Of a DNA stretch of 64,000 nucleotides, positions 41,219 through 59,323 are shown in pieces. The notes under the pieces are model-generated. The model made no database searches and was not told the origin of the DNA. It saw only the letters and a list, made by a program, of their open reading frames with translations. The first letter of the stretch is position 1, and the number at the start of each line of letters is the position of its first letter. This DNA comes from Octopus vulgaris (taxonomy: Eukaryota), in the NCBI GenBank assembly GCA_951406725.2, contig OX597833.1, forward strand, positions 43,710,001-43,774,000, written 5' to 3'. Position numbers and translations under genes: made by a program.

Positions 41219-41589
41219 ACACCGAGTAAAAAATTACGATGAATCGGCCATACATACACACACACACACACATAGATACATACACACACACACACATACA
41301 TGCATACATACATATACACATACACCGAGTAAAAAATCAGTTATCTCTCTCTTTCACACATTACTCTCTCTGTCTCTTCGCACACACTAACAGAAGCACT
41401 TCACTTACACAACATACTGTCTGTCTCCCACACCCCATCAAACACACACAGGCCGACTTCAAAGTGAAACCTTCTCGTCGTAAAATCGCTTCCTCTTAGT
41501 CTCTTTCGCTCTCATTACTTATGTAAAAAAATAAAAGTTTTTTACGGAAATCGACGGAAATCTGATCTACGACATGCGAAACTTCGCCG
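41219..41589. mobile_element. Partial copy of the 31073-31510 MITE, just upstream of the Ig gene ATG
   Basis: Shares ACCGAGTAAAAAAT..TCTCTCTCTTTCACACATTACTC and the right TIR TTTTTACGGAAATCGACGGAAA. Confidence 0.8.
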
Positions 41590-41814
41590 GTTTAGCTTTA
41601 TGGCATATTGTCAGATCTCAAAAACCTTTTCTATGGCCAGATCGGAGCAATCTCAAGATTAATCAGCTGCAATTGCGAAGATGATCCGGTTCTTGACTGA
41701 AGATTGAAGGCTTCGAATGTCCCGTCTGTGTTTTTTGTATCGTCTTCTAAATGTTTCACGTTCTTGTCCCGGTTTATATTTTTTACATTTACATATATAT
41801 ATATATATATAAAT

Positions 41815-42010
41815 ATAGGTAAAGTTTACGAAAATAAACAAAGGACGAAGGCAGGTGGAGTACAAACAAACAAATGTATTAGTATAGCGCTCAGGAATAG
41901 AAATAGAAAAAGTCTTTTACGTTTTGAGCCTACACTCTTCGACAGAAAGACACACAGAAAAAAAAACAAGGAGAGAGAAAAATGCGTGTAGGAGCTAACG
42001 ATCTATCATG
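41815..42010 (-). mobile_element. Short non-autonomous PLE-like element with a degenerate hammerhead
   Basis: Minus strand GTCTTT-CTGTCGA-AGAG(TGTAGG)CTC-AAAAC-GTA|AAAGAC, 6-bp stem I. Ends in (TA)n; similar layout to 61214-61390. Confidence 0.5.
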
Positions 42011-42236
42011 GCATATACATATATGTGTGTGTGTGGGTGTGTACACACTCAGCAAGGGAATCCCAATGCATTTTCAACTTTTTTCTATATTTCTACTCGT
42101 ATGGAATAAAATAACTGTTTTCTGTATACAGCCTTTAATTAGTTATCCCCACCTCTCTCTCTTTCTCTCACACTCACTCATATGTATGAGTGTTTCTGTG
42201 AGAAAAGAGAAAAAAGATAAATACATGTATACATAT

Positions 42237-42270
<34 letters not shown>

Positions 42271-42356
42271 GTAGGTCCCAGGTTGATTCGGGGTTAACCA
42301 CAGTAAATAAGGTACTCAATACATAGCAGAGTAAAATTAATTTATTATATAGAAGG

Positions 42357-42407
42357 AGCTTCTACAGGACTAGAACTGTTTCATTCAAGAGAAATCTTCA
42401 GGAAGCT
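42357..42407 (-). ncRNA. Type-I hammerhead ribozyme (left arm)
   Basis: Exact reverse complement of 43328-43378. Confidence 0.8.
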
Positions 42408-43057
42408 AGTTAACAAGAATTGTATTGGCATTTATACATTTAGGCAGGTTTAAAGGGGTGTTGGTGGGGGACTTTTTGGGGGTAGGCATAGCGCAAAAAA
42501 TCATACTTGGGGGAGTGGTCAAGGAGTCAGTGTTAAATTAGATAGGAGAATAAATAAAAAATAAAACATATGTATATATATGTATATATATATATATGTA
42601 TGTATATATATGTGTATGTGTATATATATATGTGTGTATATATATGTGTATGTATGTGTATGTGTGTGTGTATATATATGTGTGTATGTGTATATATGTG
42701 TATATAGGGACTAGTGTGCTGTGTGTGTATGGATTTGTGTGTGTATGCGTGTATGTGAGTATGTGTGTGTATGTGTATATATATTTTTCTGTGTGTATAT
42801 GTATGTGTGGTCGTGTGTGTATATATACATGTGTGTATACGTGTATGCAAGTGAGTGTGTGTATGTATACATATATATGTGTATGTGTAGATATGTATAT
42901 GTATGTGTGAGTGTATATATATGTATATATATATATGTGTGTGTATGTATGTGTGTATGTATATGTATATATGTTTGTATGCGTGTGTATATATGTATAC
43001 ATATGTGCAGAGGTATAAGTGAGAATCTCCTTATTTACCTAAAACTCTATTCCCCCC

Positions 43058-43093
<36 letters not shown>

Positions 43094-43327
43094 TATATTT
43101 TTTAATTTTTTTATATTTTTTTATATTTTTTTATTTTTTATTTTTTATTTTTTTTTATTTTTTTTATTTTTTATTTTTTATTTATTCTCCTATCTAATTT
43201 AACACTGACTCCTTGACCACTCCCCCAAGTATGATTTTTTGCGCTATGCCTACCCCCAAAAAGTCCCCCACCAACACCCCTTTAAACCTGCCTAAATGTA
43301 TAAATGCCAATACAATTCTTGTTAACT

Positions 43328-43378
43328 AGCTTCCTGAAGATTTCTCTTGAATGAAACAGTTCTAGTCCTGTAGAAGCT
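43328..43378 (+). ncRNA. Type-I hammerhead ribozyme (right arm)
   Basis: AGCTTC-CTGAAGA-TTTC(TCTT)GAAT-GAAACAG(TTCTAGTC)CTGT-A|GAAGCT: 6-bp stem I, 4-bp stem III, GUA cleavage triplet. Confidence 0.8.
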
Positions 43379-43387
43379 CCTTCTATA

Positions 43388-43438
<51 letters not shown>

Positions 43439-43651
43439 TATCATTAATTAATAAATCTTAGGGCAGCAAAAGAAAATTTAGAAAAAAAGTTAGAATAGCA
43501 AAAAATAGGGTAAATGTTTTTATTTTTCATTCCCTTTCAGAATTACAACTATTAGTGGTTTGTAGTTTAACTACTCTTTCTAGCAAGTCAGATGTCCTGT
43601 TATGGCCATCCCTTATGTGTTTAAATGTACACTGTATTTATATACACATAC

Positions 43652-43740
<89 letters not shown>

Positions 43741-43955
43741 CTTTATATTCCTTTTTTAAAGATTTATTATGTTATATTATATTGTATCTTTTCATAGCAT
43801 TTTATATTATAATGTAAATAAATTTTTAGTTTGTCAGTTGTATTTCTCTATTTTATTTAATATTTGAGTTTGTGTGTTTGTGTATGTATATATATATATA
43901 TTATTTTTTTTATCTAGTACCATGTCACGAGCTGAGGCCATGCTGGGGCACCGCC

Positions 43956-43998
<43 letters not shown>

Positions 43999-44036
43999 GC
44001 AAGATTTTTTATGTGAAGTTCATGTGTTGAAACAAA

Positions 44037-44083
44037 GGGACCACTGATGCGGTCACAGGAGTGTGACGAAAGAACTCTAGCCC
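44037..44083 (+). ncRNA. Hammerhead-like motif, variant core
   Basis: CTGATGCG-GTCAC(AGGAGT)GTGAC-GAAAGA(AC)TCT-A|GCCC; A9 is not conserved. Confidence 0.45.
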
Positions 44084-44196
44084 AAATAAGATTAAGATTA
44101 ATGTAAAAAATAAATAACACTGAACCCAAATAACACCAAATACGTAGTGTGTGTATTTTTATTGGCTAAACTGGCAAAATGACCATTCTGAAATAT

Positions 44197-44245
<49 letters not shown>

Positions 44246-44278
44246 TATACATACATATATATATATATATACATATAT

Positions 44279-44323
<45 letters not shown>

Positions 44324-44368
44324 CCTATATATATATACATATATATATATATACATACATATATATAT

Positions 44369-44411
<43 letters not shown>

Positions 44412-44418
<7 letters not shown>

Positions 44419-44540
44419 AAAGGAAATAAAGAAAATGCTGACAAAATAATTTAAGTAAAGGCGAGTGTATTTAATTAGGTGAAAGTTCTTTTAACTAATT
44501 TCGGGATTGTTGTCAGCATTTTCTTCATTTCCTTTTTTCA
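44412..44540. repeat. Short foldback (33-bp arms) in (TA)n
   Basis: TATGAAAAAAGGAAATAAAGAAAATGCTGACAA / TTGTCAGCATTTTCTTCATTTCCTTTTTTCATA. Confidence 0.85.
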
Positions 44541-44588
44541 TATATCACAACATATATATATATATATACATATATACATATATATAGC

Positions 44589-44626
<38 letters not shown>

Positions 44627-44990
44627 TACAAATATATATATAAATATATGTTTTTATTTTTCATTCCCTTTCAGAATTACAACTATTAGTGGTTTGTAGT
44701 TTAACTACTCTTTCTAGCAAGTCAGATGTCCTGTTATGGCCATCCATTATGTGTTTAAATGTACACTGTATTTATATACACATACATACATACATATACA
44801 TATATAGGTATATTTATATTTAATTGTTGATAGGTTTATTTTAGTTTATATATTGTTTATATATTGATTATATATGGATTATATATAGGTTATATATAGA
44901 TTATATATTTATATTTTTTCATTGATACTTTAATTATTTTAAAATTATTATTTTTTATATTTTAAAATATTGATACTTTAGATTGGAAGT

Positions 44991-45033
44991 CCACCTGAAG
45001 ATTGTCGATCAGGACAAGAAACAATTGTAGTGG
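44991..45033 (+). ncRNA. Minimal type-I hammerhead ribozyme in a solo Naiad-type terminal repeat
   Basis: CCAC-CTGAAGA-TTGTC(GATCAG)GACAA-GAAAC(AATT)GT-A|GTGG. Downstream 45100-45210 is the reverse complement of 59040-59150. Confidence 0.85.
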
Positions 45034-45518
45034 CGGTTTTTTTGACTTTTTATTAAAATCTTATGTATTGATTAAGTCTTTCCTTGTTTGTTTTGCAAAA
45101 TAGTGGTTTTGTCTCTAATTAATATTATATAATATTTCACTATAAAATTGGATTTAATCCTAAATCTGATTTTTTTCCCTGTAAATTTGGATTTATTCCC
45201 TAATATTTATTATTATATATATACATATATATATATATATACATATATACATATATATTTATATATATATATATACATATATATATACATATATATATAT
45301 ACATATATATATACATATATATATATGCACATATACATATATATATATATACATATATACATATCTATATATATATACATATATATATATACATATATAT
45401 ACATATATATACATATATATATATACATACATATGTATATATACATACATATGTATATATACATATATATATATATACATATATATATATACATATATAT
45501 ATATGTATATATATATAC

Positions 45519-45593
<75 letters not shown>

Positions 45594-45618
45594 CATATAT
45601 ATATATACATATATAGAT

Positions 45619-45669
<51 letters not shown>

Positions 45670-45711
45670 GTATATGTATATGTATATGTATATATATATG
45701 TATATATATAT

Positions 45712-46792
45712 ATTGATTGATTGATTGATTGATTCCAGTTTCAGCTCATGAGCTGTGGCCATGCTGGGGCACCGCCATTTGGTGTTGCTACTTGGTTTCA
45801 CTTCATGGAGGCTTTCTAGCAACTGCTATTTGGTGCATGAGAGAGTTCGATGCAGCTGCCCTCATCTGCCCCTCCTGCCGTGAAGTTGGTTCATCTGGGA
45901 CACCTGACAGGAAGAGATCCAGCTCCATTTTAAAGACATCTGTATCCACCCCATGCAGGTCTCTCAGGTTCATCGGGAGGATATTGAAGAGCTGTGGGCC
46001 TCGGAAGCCCAGGCTATCACAGAATCTTGTCCTACATCTTGATGGCAAGTTTGGAGTCCTAGGCACCACGCAGTGGCGCCCAGTTCTGGCGTTTGCGTAA
46101 CTCTCGATGCCAAAGTTCAGGACACTTCCCTCCAGGATCTTCCAGATGCATATTATGGCATATCTTTCCGCCTACGCTCCAGGGAATATAATTTTAATCT
46201 CTTGAGTCTTTCCCAGTAGCTTACATTCTGCATAGAGGCTATCTTCTTTGTGTAGCTTCGTTGGATCGCCTCAAGTTCTGTGATCAACTTGACACTGGAT
46301 GGTGACCATAGCTGAGAGCAATAGTCAAAGTGACTTAGGACAAGTGTCTTCCAGAGGACCATCATGGTTTCTTGTTCTCTTGTTCTAAAGGTTCTAAGAA
46401 TCCATCCAGCCAGCCGTCTGCATTTCATTGTCAGTTTAGCAGCATGTACATGAAAGGTCGCGTCATCACTCATGTGAATACCCAGGTCACGCACTGATTG
46501 TGCCTCTGGGATTGCAATCCCTCCGGGTCCAGTGTATTCCTTGGGTATTGCATTCAGTTTTGCATGCTGATAGTATAAAGCTTGAAACTTTTCAGCATTG
46601 AACTGCATGCTATTCTTTTCAGCCCACTTGTATATTTAGTCCAGCTGATATTGCAGGTGCCTAGTGTCTTCAGGGTTCTGTATTGCCTGTGAAACTTTTG
46701 TATCATCTGCATAACTTGTGATCGTGGCTCTCTGCGTGGCTGAGGGCATGTCTGAGAGGGCCATTATGAACAGTAGTGGTCCCAAAACAGTG
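45712..46792 (-). mobile_element. CR1/L2-group LINE 3' fragment
   Basis: VLGPLLF..YADDTK..MQFNAEK..RDLG..DYCSQLWSP..YWERLKRLKLYSLERRR; (CAAT)n tail; frameshifted. Confidence 0.85.
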
Positions 46793-48519
<1,727 letters not shown>

Positions 48520-48640
48520 TAAATTAGTGATAAAACCACTACTAGGCAAATCAAACAATAAAAAATTAACCCAATACATAAAATTAATTTATGTAAATTA
48601 TTCTAAATATATATCAAAAGTATTAAAAGATTGTGCCTCT

Positions 48641-48940
48641 GATTGTGCCTCTGGGATTGCAATCCCTCCAGGTCCAGTGTATTCCTTGGAGTATTGCATT
48701 CAGTTTTGCATGCTGATAGTATAAAGCTTGAAACTTTTCAGCATTGAACTGCATGCTATTCTTTTCAGCCCACTTGTATATTTCGTCCAGCTGATATTGC
48801 AGGTGCCTAGTGTCTTCAGGGTTCTGTATTGCCTGTGAAACTTTTGTATCATCTGCATAACTTGTGATCGTGGCTCTCCGCGTGGCTGAGGGCATGTCTG
48901 AGAGGGCCATTATGAACAGTAGTGGTCCCAAAACAGTGTA
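48641..48940 (-). mobile_element. Duplicate of the 5' ~300 bp of the CR1/L2-group fragment
   Basis: Near-identical to 46496-46795, including the truncation point. Confidence 0.9.
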
Positions 48941-48970
48941 TATATATATATATGTGTGTGTGTGTGTATA

Positions 48971-49037
<67 letters not shown>

Positions 49038-49039
49038 AT

Positions 49040-49363
49040 CAATTAAGGAACGGCCATAATAGGCCATTCACCCACAAGAAATAACAGCCAAAGCTTCTAC
49101 CGCAAATAAAGATTAATTCCGTAAACAGGAGAAAATTAAAAAAACATTTACCCTGTAATTTCTTGTACGGTATACCGTTTCATCTGCTGTTTAATGGTAA
49201 ACTAACCATTAAACAGCAGATGAAACGGTATACCATACAAGAAATTACAGGGTAAATGTTTTTTTAATTTTCTCCTAATTACGGAATTAATCTTTATTTG
49301 CGGTAGAAGCTTTGGCTGTTATTTCTAGTGGGTGAATGGCCTATTATGGCCGTTCCTTAATTG
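49040..49363. repeat. Near-perfect palindrome (~159-bp arms, 6-nt loop AAACTA)
   Basis: CAATTAAGGAACGGCC...TTTAATGGT-AAACTA-ACCATTAAA...GGCCGTTCCTTAATTG, with about 4 mismatches. Confidence 0.95.
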
Positions 49364-49471
49364 TTGATGTTGAACTTAAAAATGGTCTATGACTATTTAA
49401 TTTTTTTCCCACTAGGCCGCTGGTGGCAAAAAAATTCTACAAAATTTTTCTTGCCACCCTATATTGATTAA

Positions 49472-49504
<33 letters not shown>

Positions 49505-49542
49505 TATATATACACATATATATATATACATATATATATATA

Positions 49543-49584
<42 letters not shown>

Positions 49585-49734
49585 CATATATATACATATA
49601 TATATATATATACATATATATACATATATATATATATACATATATACATATATACATATACATATATATATATACATATTTATACATACATATTTATACA
49701 TATATATATATACATATATATACATATATATGTA

Positions 49735-49841
<107 letters not shown>

Positions 49842-49914
49842 ATATATATATATATTTATACATATATATATATATACATACATATATATATATATACATG
49901 TATATATATATACA

Positions 49915-49950
<36 letters not shown>

Positions 49951-49955
49951 CATAC

Positions 49956-49988
<33 letters not shown>

Positions 49989-50041
49989 CACATATATATA
50001 TACATATATATATATACATACATATATACATATATATATAC

Positions 50042-50073
<32 letters not shown>

Positions 50074-50171
50074 GCACATATATATATTCACATATATATA
50101 TATATATACATATATGTATAGATACATATATATATATATATAGATATATATATATATATACATATATATAT

Positions 50172-50248
<77 letters not shown>

Positions 50249-50279
50249 TATACTTATACATACATATATATACATATAC

Positions 50280-50310
<31 letters not shown>

Positions 50311-50321
50311 CATATATATAC

Positions 50322-50364
<43 letters not shown>

Positions 50365-50437
50365 TATATGTATATATATATATATATATATACATATATG
50401 TATATATATATATACATATATATATACATATATATAT

Positions 50438-50483
<46 letters not shown>

Positions 50484-50506
50484 TATATACATACATATAT
50501 ATATAC

Positions 50507-50550
<44 letters not shown>

Positions 50551-50611
50551 CATATATATATACATATACATATATATATACATATATATATACATATATA
50601 TATACATATAC

Positions 50612-50728
<117 letters not shown>

Positions 50729-50743
50729 CATATATATATATAT

Positions 50744-52963
<2,220 letters not shown>

Positions 52964-54985
52964 GAAACCACTATGTACTTACATACCAAGTTTCATCAGG
53001 GATGACATCGACTTCCTGTCCCATCTTCCCAAAACAACAGAAACAAATTCAGTTTTGCTAAGTTTTGATGTGTAAGCCTCTACACCAATATTCCACACGA
53101 TTTAGGAATAAAGCGATTAAATACTGGTTAGAAAAACATAGAGAAGTGATTTCCAGCAGATTCACAGTGCCATTTATATTAGACACAGTCAAACTTATTC
53201 TAGAAAATAACACATTCTTCTTCAATGGAAAGAATTACATCCAAATTAGAGGCACGGCGATGGGAACGAGGTTTGCTCCCGTTTACGCCAACTCTGTAAT
53301 TGGATACTTAGAAGAACAACTCTACCAAGAGGTGGAGGTAAACTATGGCACTGGATTTAGAAAGTATATTGAAAAGGCATGGAAGAGATACCTAGACGAC
53401 TGTTTCATAATCTGGACAGAATCTCTAAATACTCTGGAAGAGTTCAATATCCTCCTGAACAACCTACACCCATCTCTCAAATTTACAAAGGAGATGAGTA
53501 GTACCAAATTACCATTCCTGGATATAATGGTAATTAAAAAGACACCACCATCACCACAGATATATACTATAAACACACAGACACACATCAATACCTAAAT
53601 TTTAAGTCGTGCCATCCACCACATACAAAACGTAACATCCCATACTGCCTAGCCAGAAGAATTTGTACTATTGTAGAAGATGCAAATATCAGGAACAAAC
53701 GCCTAATAGAACTAAGAGAATTTTTGCTCAAACAAAAATACCCATCTCTACTTATAGAAAATGGCATACAGCGGGCTATAAAAATACCTATACAACAACT
53801 TAGGACAACCCAAGGAAGAGGAAAACAAGAACAAGTCATACCATTCATAGTGACACACAACCCATGTCACCAGAATATCTTCAACATTGCCAAAGCAAAC
53901 CTTCCAATCATTGCCCAAAGTAATGAATTAAAAGACATAATCAAGGATCGAGCTATGGTGCTTAGTAAAAGACAGCCTAAAAACTTGAAAACATTACTAA
54001 CAAAGGCAAAATTTGACCTCAGCAACAAAGACCAAACATTCACGGTATCTAAATGCAATGATAGCCGATGTGGCACATGCCAATTCATACATACCGGTCA
54101 ATATATAAACACAAAAACCGGGAAAATATTCACAAACGCGAATATGAACTGCAAAAGCAGAAATTTAATTTACTGCATCAAATGCCCAAATTGTGAAGAA
54201 ATATATGTAGGTCAGACGGGGAAACGCACTATTAGAACGCTCACGTGTACACCGGCAACAGATTAGAGACCCAGAGGTCCGTCAGATACCTTTGAGTAAC
54301 CACCTAGCAACATGTGGTCGGAAAATATATATAATATTTCCATTCTACAAATTACACAGCCCAAGTGAAATCGAGAGGAAAATCAGAGAAAAGAATTTTA
54401 TTGATAAATTCGAACCCAAGCTAAATAAGCAATAATAATAATACTTAGAAGGTATTACTTCCACTGCTACGACCATGACCACTAACAACAACAACAATAC
54501 TAAAGGTGATCAAGACGAAGATACAGGAAAATTATCTTATTTAGGGTTAAAAGTTCTATTGCCACCACCATCACCACTAGCAACAATAATTAAGGTGCTG
54601 ACAATGATGATGATGACAATTGAAATATAAAAATATAAAAATCTCTGACAAAGGATATTTACAACATTTCTAAAAATAACCCAACAATTGCTGCTTCGGC
54701 CAGGGTCAAAATACAGGACTCTTGACCTGTCCAACAAAGCGTGATACTAAACCAATCAGCTCAACCAACCAATCAGCTTAAGTAATTGAGTGATACTACA
54801 CACTGATTGGTCAGAATACAGTTTGCAAAACCTAGCACTCTGGAGCCTACCCAGCTGTATTTATAGCACAGAATCACTCATCTTGCTACAGTCAAAAATT
54901 GTGAAGCATATAGTTCAATCAGAATGAATATTTAACATTCTACTATTTCATTTTATTTTATTCAATTATAATATATTATCTTATA

Positions 54986-54990
<5 letters not shown>
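52964..54990 (+). mobile_element. Inverted second copy of the same Neptune-like PLE, frameshifted and lacking the hammerhead
   Basis: Reverse complement of ~50935-52963 plus ~65 extra 5' nt (KPLCTYIPSFIRDDIDFLSHLPK). It has several 1-bp indels and a ~57-nt deletion at ~54909. Confidence 0.95.
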
Positions 54991-55044
<54 letters not shown>

Positions 55045-55179
55045 TAATATTAGTGATAAAACCACTACTAGGCAAATCAAACAATAAAAAATTAACCCAA
55101 TACATAAAATTAATTTATGTAAATTATTCTAAATATATATCAAAAGTATTAAAAGATTAATAAAATATAATGATTAAAA

Positions 55180-55248
55180 CACTACGATCGTTTCATGGCT
55201 GTCCAATTCGTAATAATTCGAGTTATGGTTACAGTCAATCTTCAGGTG
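55180..55248 (-). ncRNA. Hammerhead ribozyme in the 3' terminal repeat
   Basis: CAC-CTGAAGA-TTGACTGT..ACAGCCAT-GAAAC(GATC)GT-A|GTG. Confidence 0.75.
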
Positions 55249-58200
55249 ATTGAAATATCTAAAATATAATCAGAAATATTTAAACAATATTTCTAAGATA
55301 TAAATAATATAATAATTTTACTGATAATAAACTCTATTATCAAACTAGAAACATAGAACTTAACAATTATGATTATATCAAAATCGACTCTAATGTTAAA
55401 TATTAATTTTGATTTATAAGGTAGGAAACCCACCCATAATCTAATATCGTTATTAGTCTATATCTAATTACATAAATATTTAAAAATGACTAATATATAT
55501 AAATTATCAATGAAAATATATAAATGTATATAAATATTATAATTAAAATCTAAAATAATCTCTATAAATAAATGTATATGCACATATAATAAAAATCTAA
55601 GAAATTTAATTTTTCATATTTAAAGATGAAATAGCTAATTTCAAAATACAAATAAACAAACTTAAACGAACTTTTGGAAATCTTATGTAAAATACTTTTA
55701 GAAATAATCCATTCGTACTAATATAGTATCGAATAAATACTATAAATACTATAAATATAATTATCAATAGAAATAACTAGCGAATATCAATTTAAAGAAA
55801 TAACTAAGTTAAAACAACGATATTTACATAAGGGGAATATTATTACTCCAAAGACTTATACAATATTAAACTTTACAATTTGAAGATCTTAAATAAATAC
55901 ATACTTATCTTAGCGAGGTTTAGCAATGAACTAAAATTTTGAATCGGAAAACGTCTTTACAGCGTTTATTTGAATACTCTTGGAATTACGTTATTAGCCA
56001 AAAAAAAAAAAAGAACAAATTGTTGAAGAATTCAATACGCGTGAGGAACCTACGTTTTATTAATGATTGTGAATGGGAAAATTATTTGTTTATCATTGTA
56101 AATAGAATGAAGTCACAAATAAAGAATAAAATCTCTCTATACTATAATATTATTTAATAAAATAACTATGATAAATGAAACTTAATACAAAATAAATTAA
56201 ATGATTTAAATGATTAAAAATCACTAATTATTAAATATATTCTAAAAATCTTATAAGATTAATAAATATATAAAAAATTATTTATATAGTAACCCCTCAA
56301 CATACTATAAATTCTTTTCCATGCCTTTATAATTATAAGCTAAAATTAGTGATCATAACCAAAACTATAAATACTTATCAAAATTTGTAGTATAACTATA
56401 CATACGTATACATAAATATATAAAAAAATATACATACATATACATATATATATACATATATATATACATATATATATACATACATATACATATACATACA
56501 CATATACATACACACATACATACATATACATATATATACACATATACACACACACATACACACATACACATCTTCACACTCATACATACATGTACATACA
56601 TACAATACTCAATATATACACTTACACCTATATATACACACCCACACACATACACATAAATAAATGTATATACATATACATATATATACACACATCATCA
56701 TATACACATATATACATACACACACAACCACATATATCATATAATAAATACATATATAAATGTCTATAATCATACTACAATAGAAAATAGAGGTAAATAT
56801 TAAGTTAAATCTAAATAATTAATCTACTAATCTATACTTCTATATTAAATAAAATAGATTAAATAAACAACTAAATAAATCTATTTCAAATATAAAGAGA
56901 TTACATACAAATAGATTAATATAACAAAAATTATAATTTAACGAAGTTATAAAAGAAATATAATAAAATATATAAAATAAATAAAATTGTAACTTACCAG
57001 ACTTTATATTCAATAAACCATTAAATATTTATTAAAAATATATTTAGTAATAAAATATTTGGTAATAAAATGAACAACTATATATAATCTAACTATAATT
57101 AAAAACAGAACCTAAATAACTAAAATAAACTAATATAAAATGTACTACAAATCACCTGCTATATTTAGAATACTATAACATAAAACAACAAATAGGGAGC
57201 TGATTAAGGCTAAGAAATATTCATTATTTAGCAAGATATTTATTATATAAGTAAAGTAACTTGTGTCTGCATTTTATTTTGCGCTCATCACAGCTATTCA
57301 GTAAATTATCATGCTTATAAAATAAAATTTCCTTAAACTCATTAGAACATAAATAACAAAAATTCGCTCCTATACTATATGATTTAGTTTTACTAATTAT
57401 TTCCCAAGATAAATTATAATTAATATTTTGGGATTTAAGTCCCCAAATGTACTTGCTAAGTCCAGTGGAGTTAATTAAGTTTTTATTTTTAAATGAATTC
57501 ATATGTTGTGCGATTCTTAATTTTATTTTAGAGGAAGTGGACCCTATATATATCGCGTTTGAGTTATTATTCTTATTATTCTCATCATGTAATGTAACTA
57601 TACATTTATACACTACATCGTTAATATCACATTTATTATTTAATTTACATTTAGTTTTATCTCTACATGTACAGTTAATTAGTGTCTGATCTTTATTATT
57701 GGTATTATTATATAATTTATTTTTATAAAAATTATTCAGTTTAAATTTGTTAAAAGAAGAAATAATGTTACCTACACTATTAGTGGTGGAATAACCTACT
57801 CCAAAATTATTACTAGAGAAAATGTTTTTATATTTACGATTATCTCGAATAAATAGTTCAATAATATCTAAAATCTCTTTAATAATGTTCATTTTAACTT
57901 GAGCACCATAAGGAACTATTAACCAAATTTTAGTCTTATTTTCCTTCTTCTTATTATTAAAACTGTCATTATTATTGTTATTATTATATTTCTTTATCAT
58001 ATTATTATTATTATTATTATTAGATTAAAAATTATAATTAACATTTAAAGAATTATTAAAGTTATTAATTTTATTTTTATTTTTATTCTTATTTTTATTT
58101 ATATTTTTTTTATTTTTATAATTTCTAATATTATTACCACTATTACTAACAAAATTATTATAATTATTATTAATATTTTTATCTCTAATATTATTAGTTA

Positions 58201-59254
58201 TATCTTTATTTTTAATAAAAAATTTAATATTACTATTATAACCTGCCTCTCTAAGGGCCTCATTGTAATAAGGAGCATGTTTATTAAAAATCTCTAAATC
58301 ATAAGAAAGTAATGATATACGTTTACTTATATTATTAATCAACGATTTTTTAATTGATGGTGGGTGATTACTATTAACATTTATATATCTAAGGTTCTCA
58401 TTAAGTTTATGATATGGTTGTGTTTTACCTGTAATTAGATTAAAATTAACATCTAAATAATTAACATTAAAATTCTCATTATATATAGTAATACTTAAAC
58501 CATATCTTTTAAAGAAACTATAAAGTTTTTTCTTATATACTTCTAGGTTCCTATTAGTGCAATTCTTAGTAATTAGTAGAAGGTCATCCCTATATAAACC
58601 ACCCTCTATTTTTAAATTTTCAAATTGGAGTTCAGATAAAAGATAAATTTTCAAATTGGAGTTCAGATAAAAGATAAATCAGGTGCTCCCATAGGTATAT
58701 CAAAAAAGTCACTAGTATCTTTTCTAGCCCATAATTTATTTTTAAATTTAATAAACGATTTCCTAGTCATTTTAATTACATTAACTTCTTCAATTGTCAT
58801 TCCCACTTTATTCATTGCAAAAATAAGGGCCTTATTAAACACAATTTAATTTCTAGAAACAAAATCCTTAATATTATTAATAAGTTTCAAAATAAATTCC
58901 TTTCTAGAAGGTACTGGAATATCCTTCAATGATGAGTTCCAAAATAGCGGTTCTATCTTACCTGTAAATTCCATAATTTACGAAGTTGAGATATTACACT
59001 CAATATATGTAATTTATCAATATATTAATTAATAATAAAATATTAGGGAATAAATCCAAACTTACAGGGAAAAATCAGATTTAGGATTGAATCCAATTTC
59101 CTAATAAAATATTATATTATATTACATTAGAGATAAAACCACTATTAGGCAAATCAAACAATGAAAAACTTAAGCCAATACATAAAATTAATTAATTTAA
59201 ATTATTTTGAATATATATCAAAAGTATTAAAAGATTAAAAGATAATGATTAAAA

Positions 59255-59323
59255 CACTACGATCGTTTCATGGCTGTCCAATTCGTAATAATTCGAGTTA
59301 TGGTTACAGTCAATCTTCAGGTG
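59255..59323 (-). ncRNA. Hammerhead ribozyme in the 5' terminal repeat
   Basis: Identical to 55180-55248. Confidence 0.75.

Larger units (their letters stand above)
42339..43396. repeat. Inverted repeat, ~230-bp near-identical arms around a microsatellite spacer
   Basis: 42339-42567 is the reverse complement of 43170-43396. Confidence 0.95.

Noticed and set aside
55290-58990. Mitochondrial or foreign AT-rich insertion
   Set aside because: The coding remnants are PLE RT/GIY-YIG and lie within PLE direct repeats.
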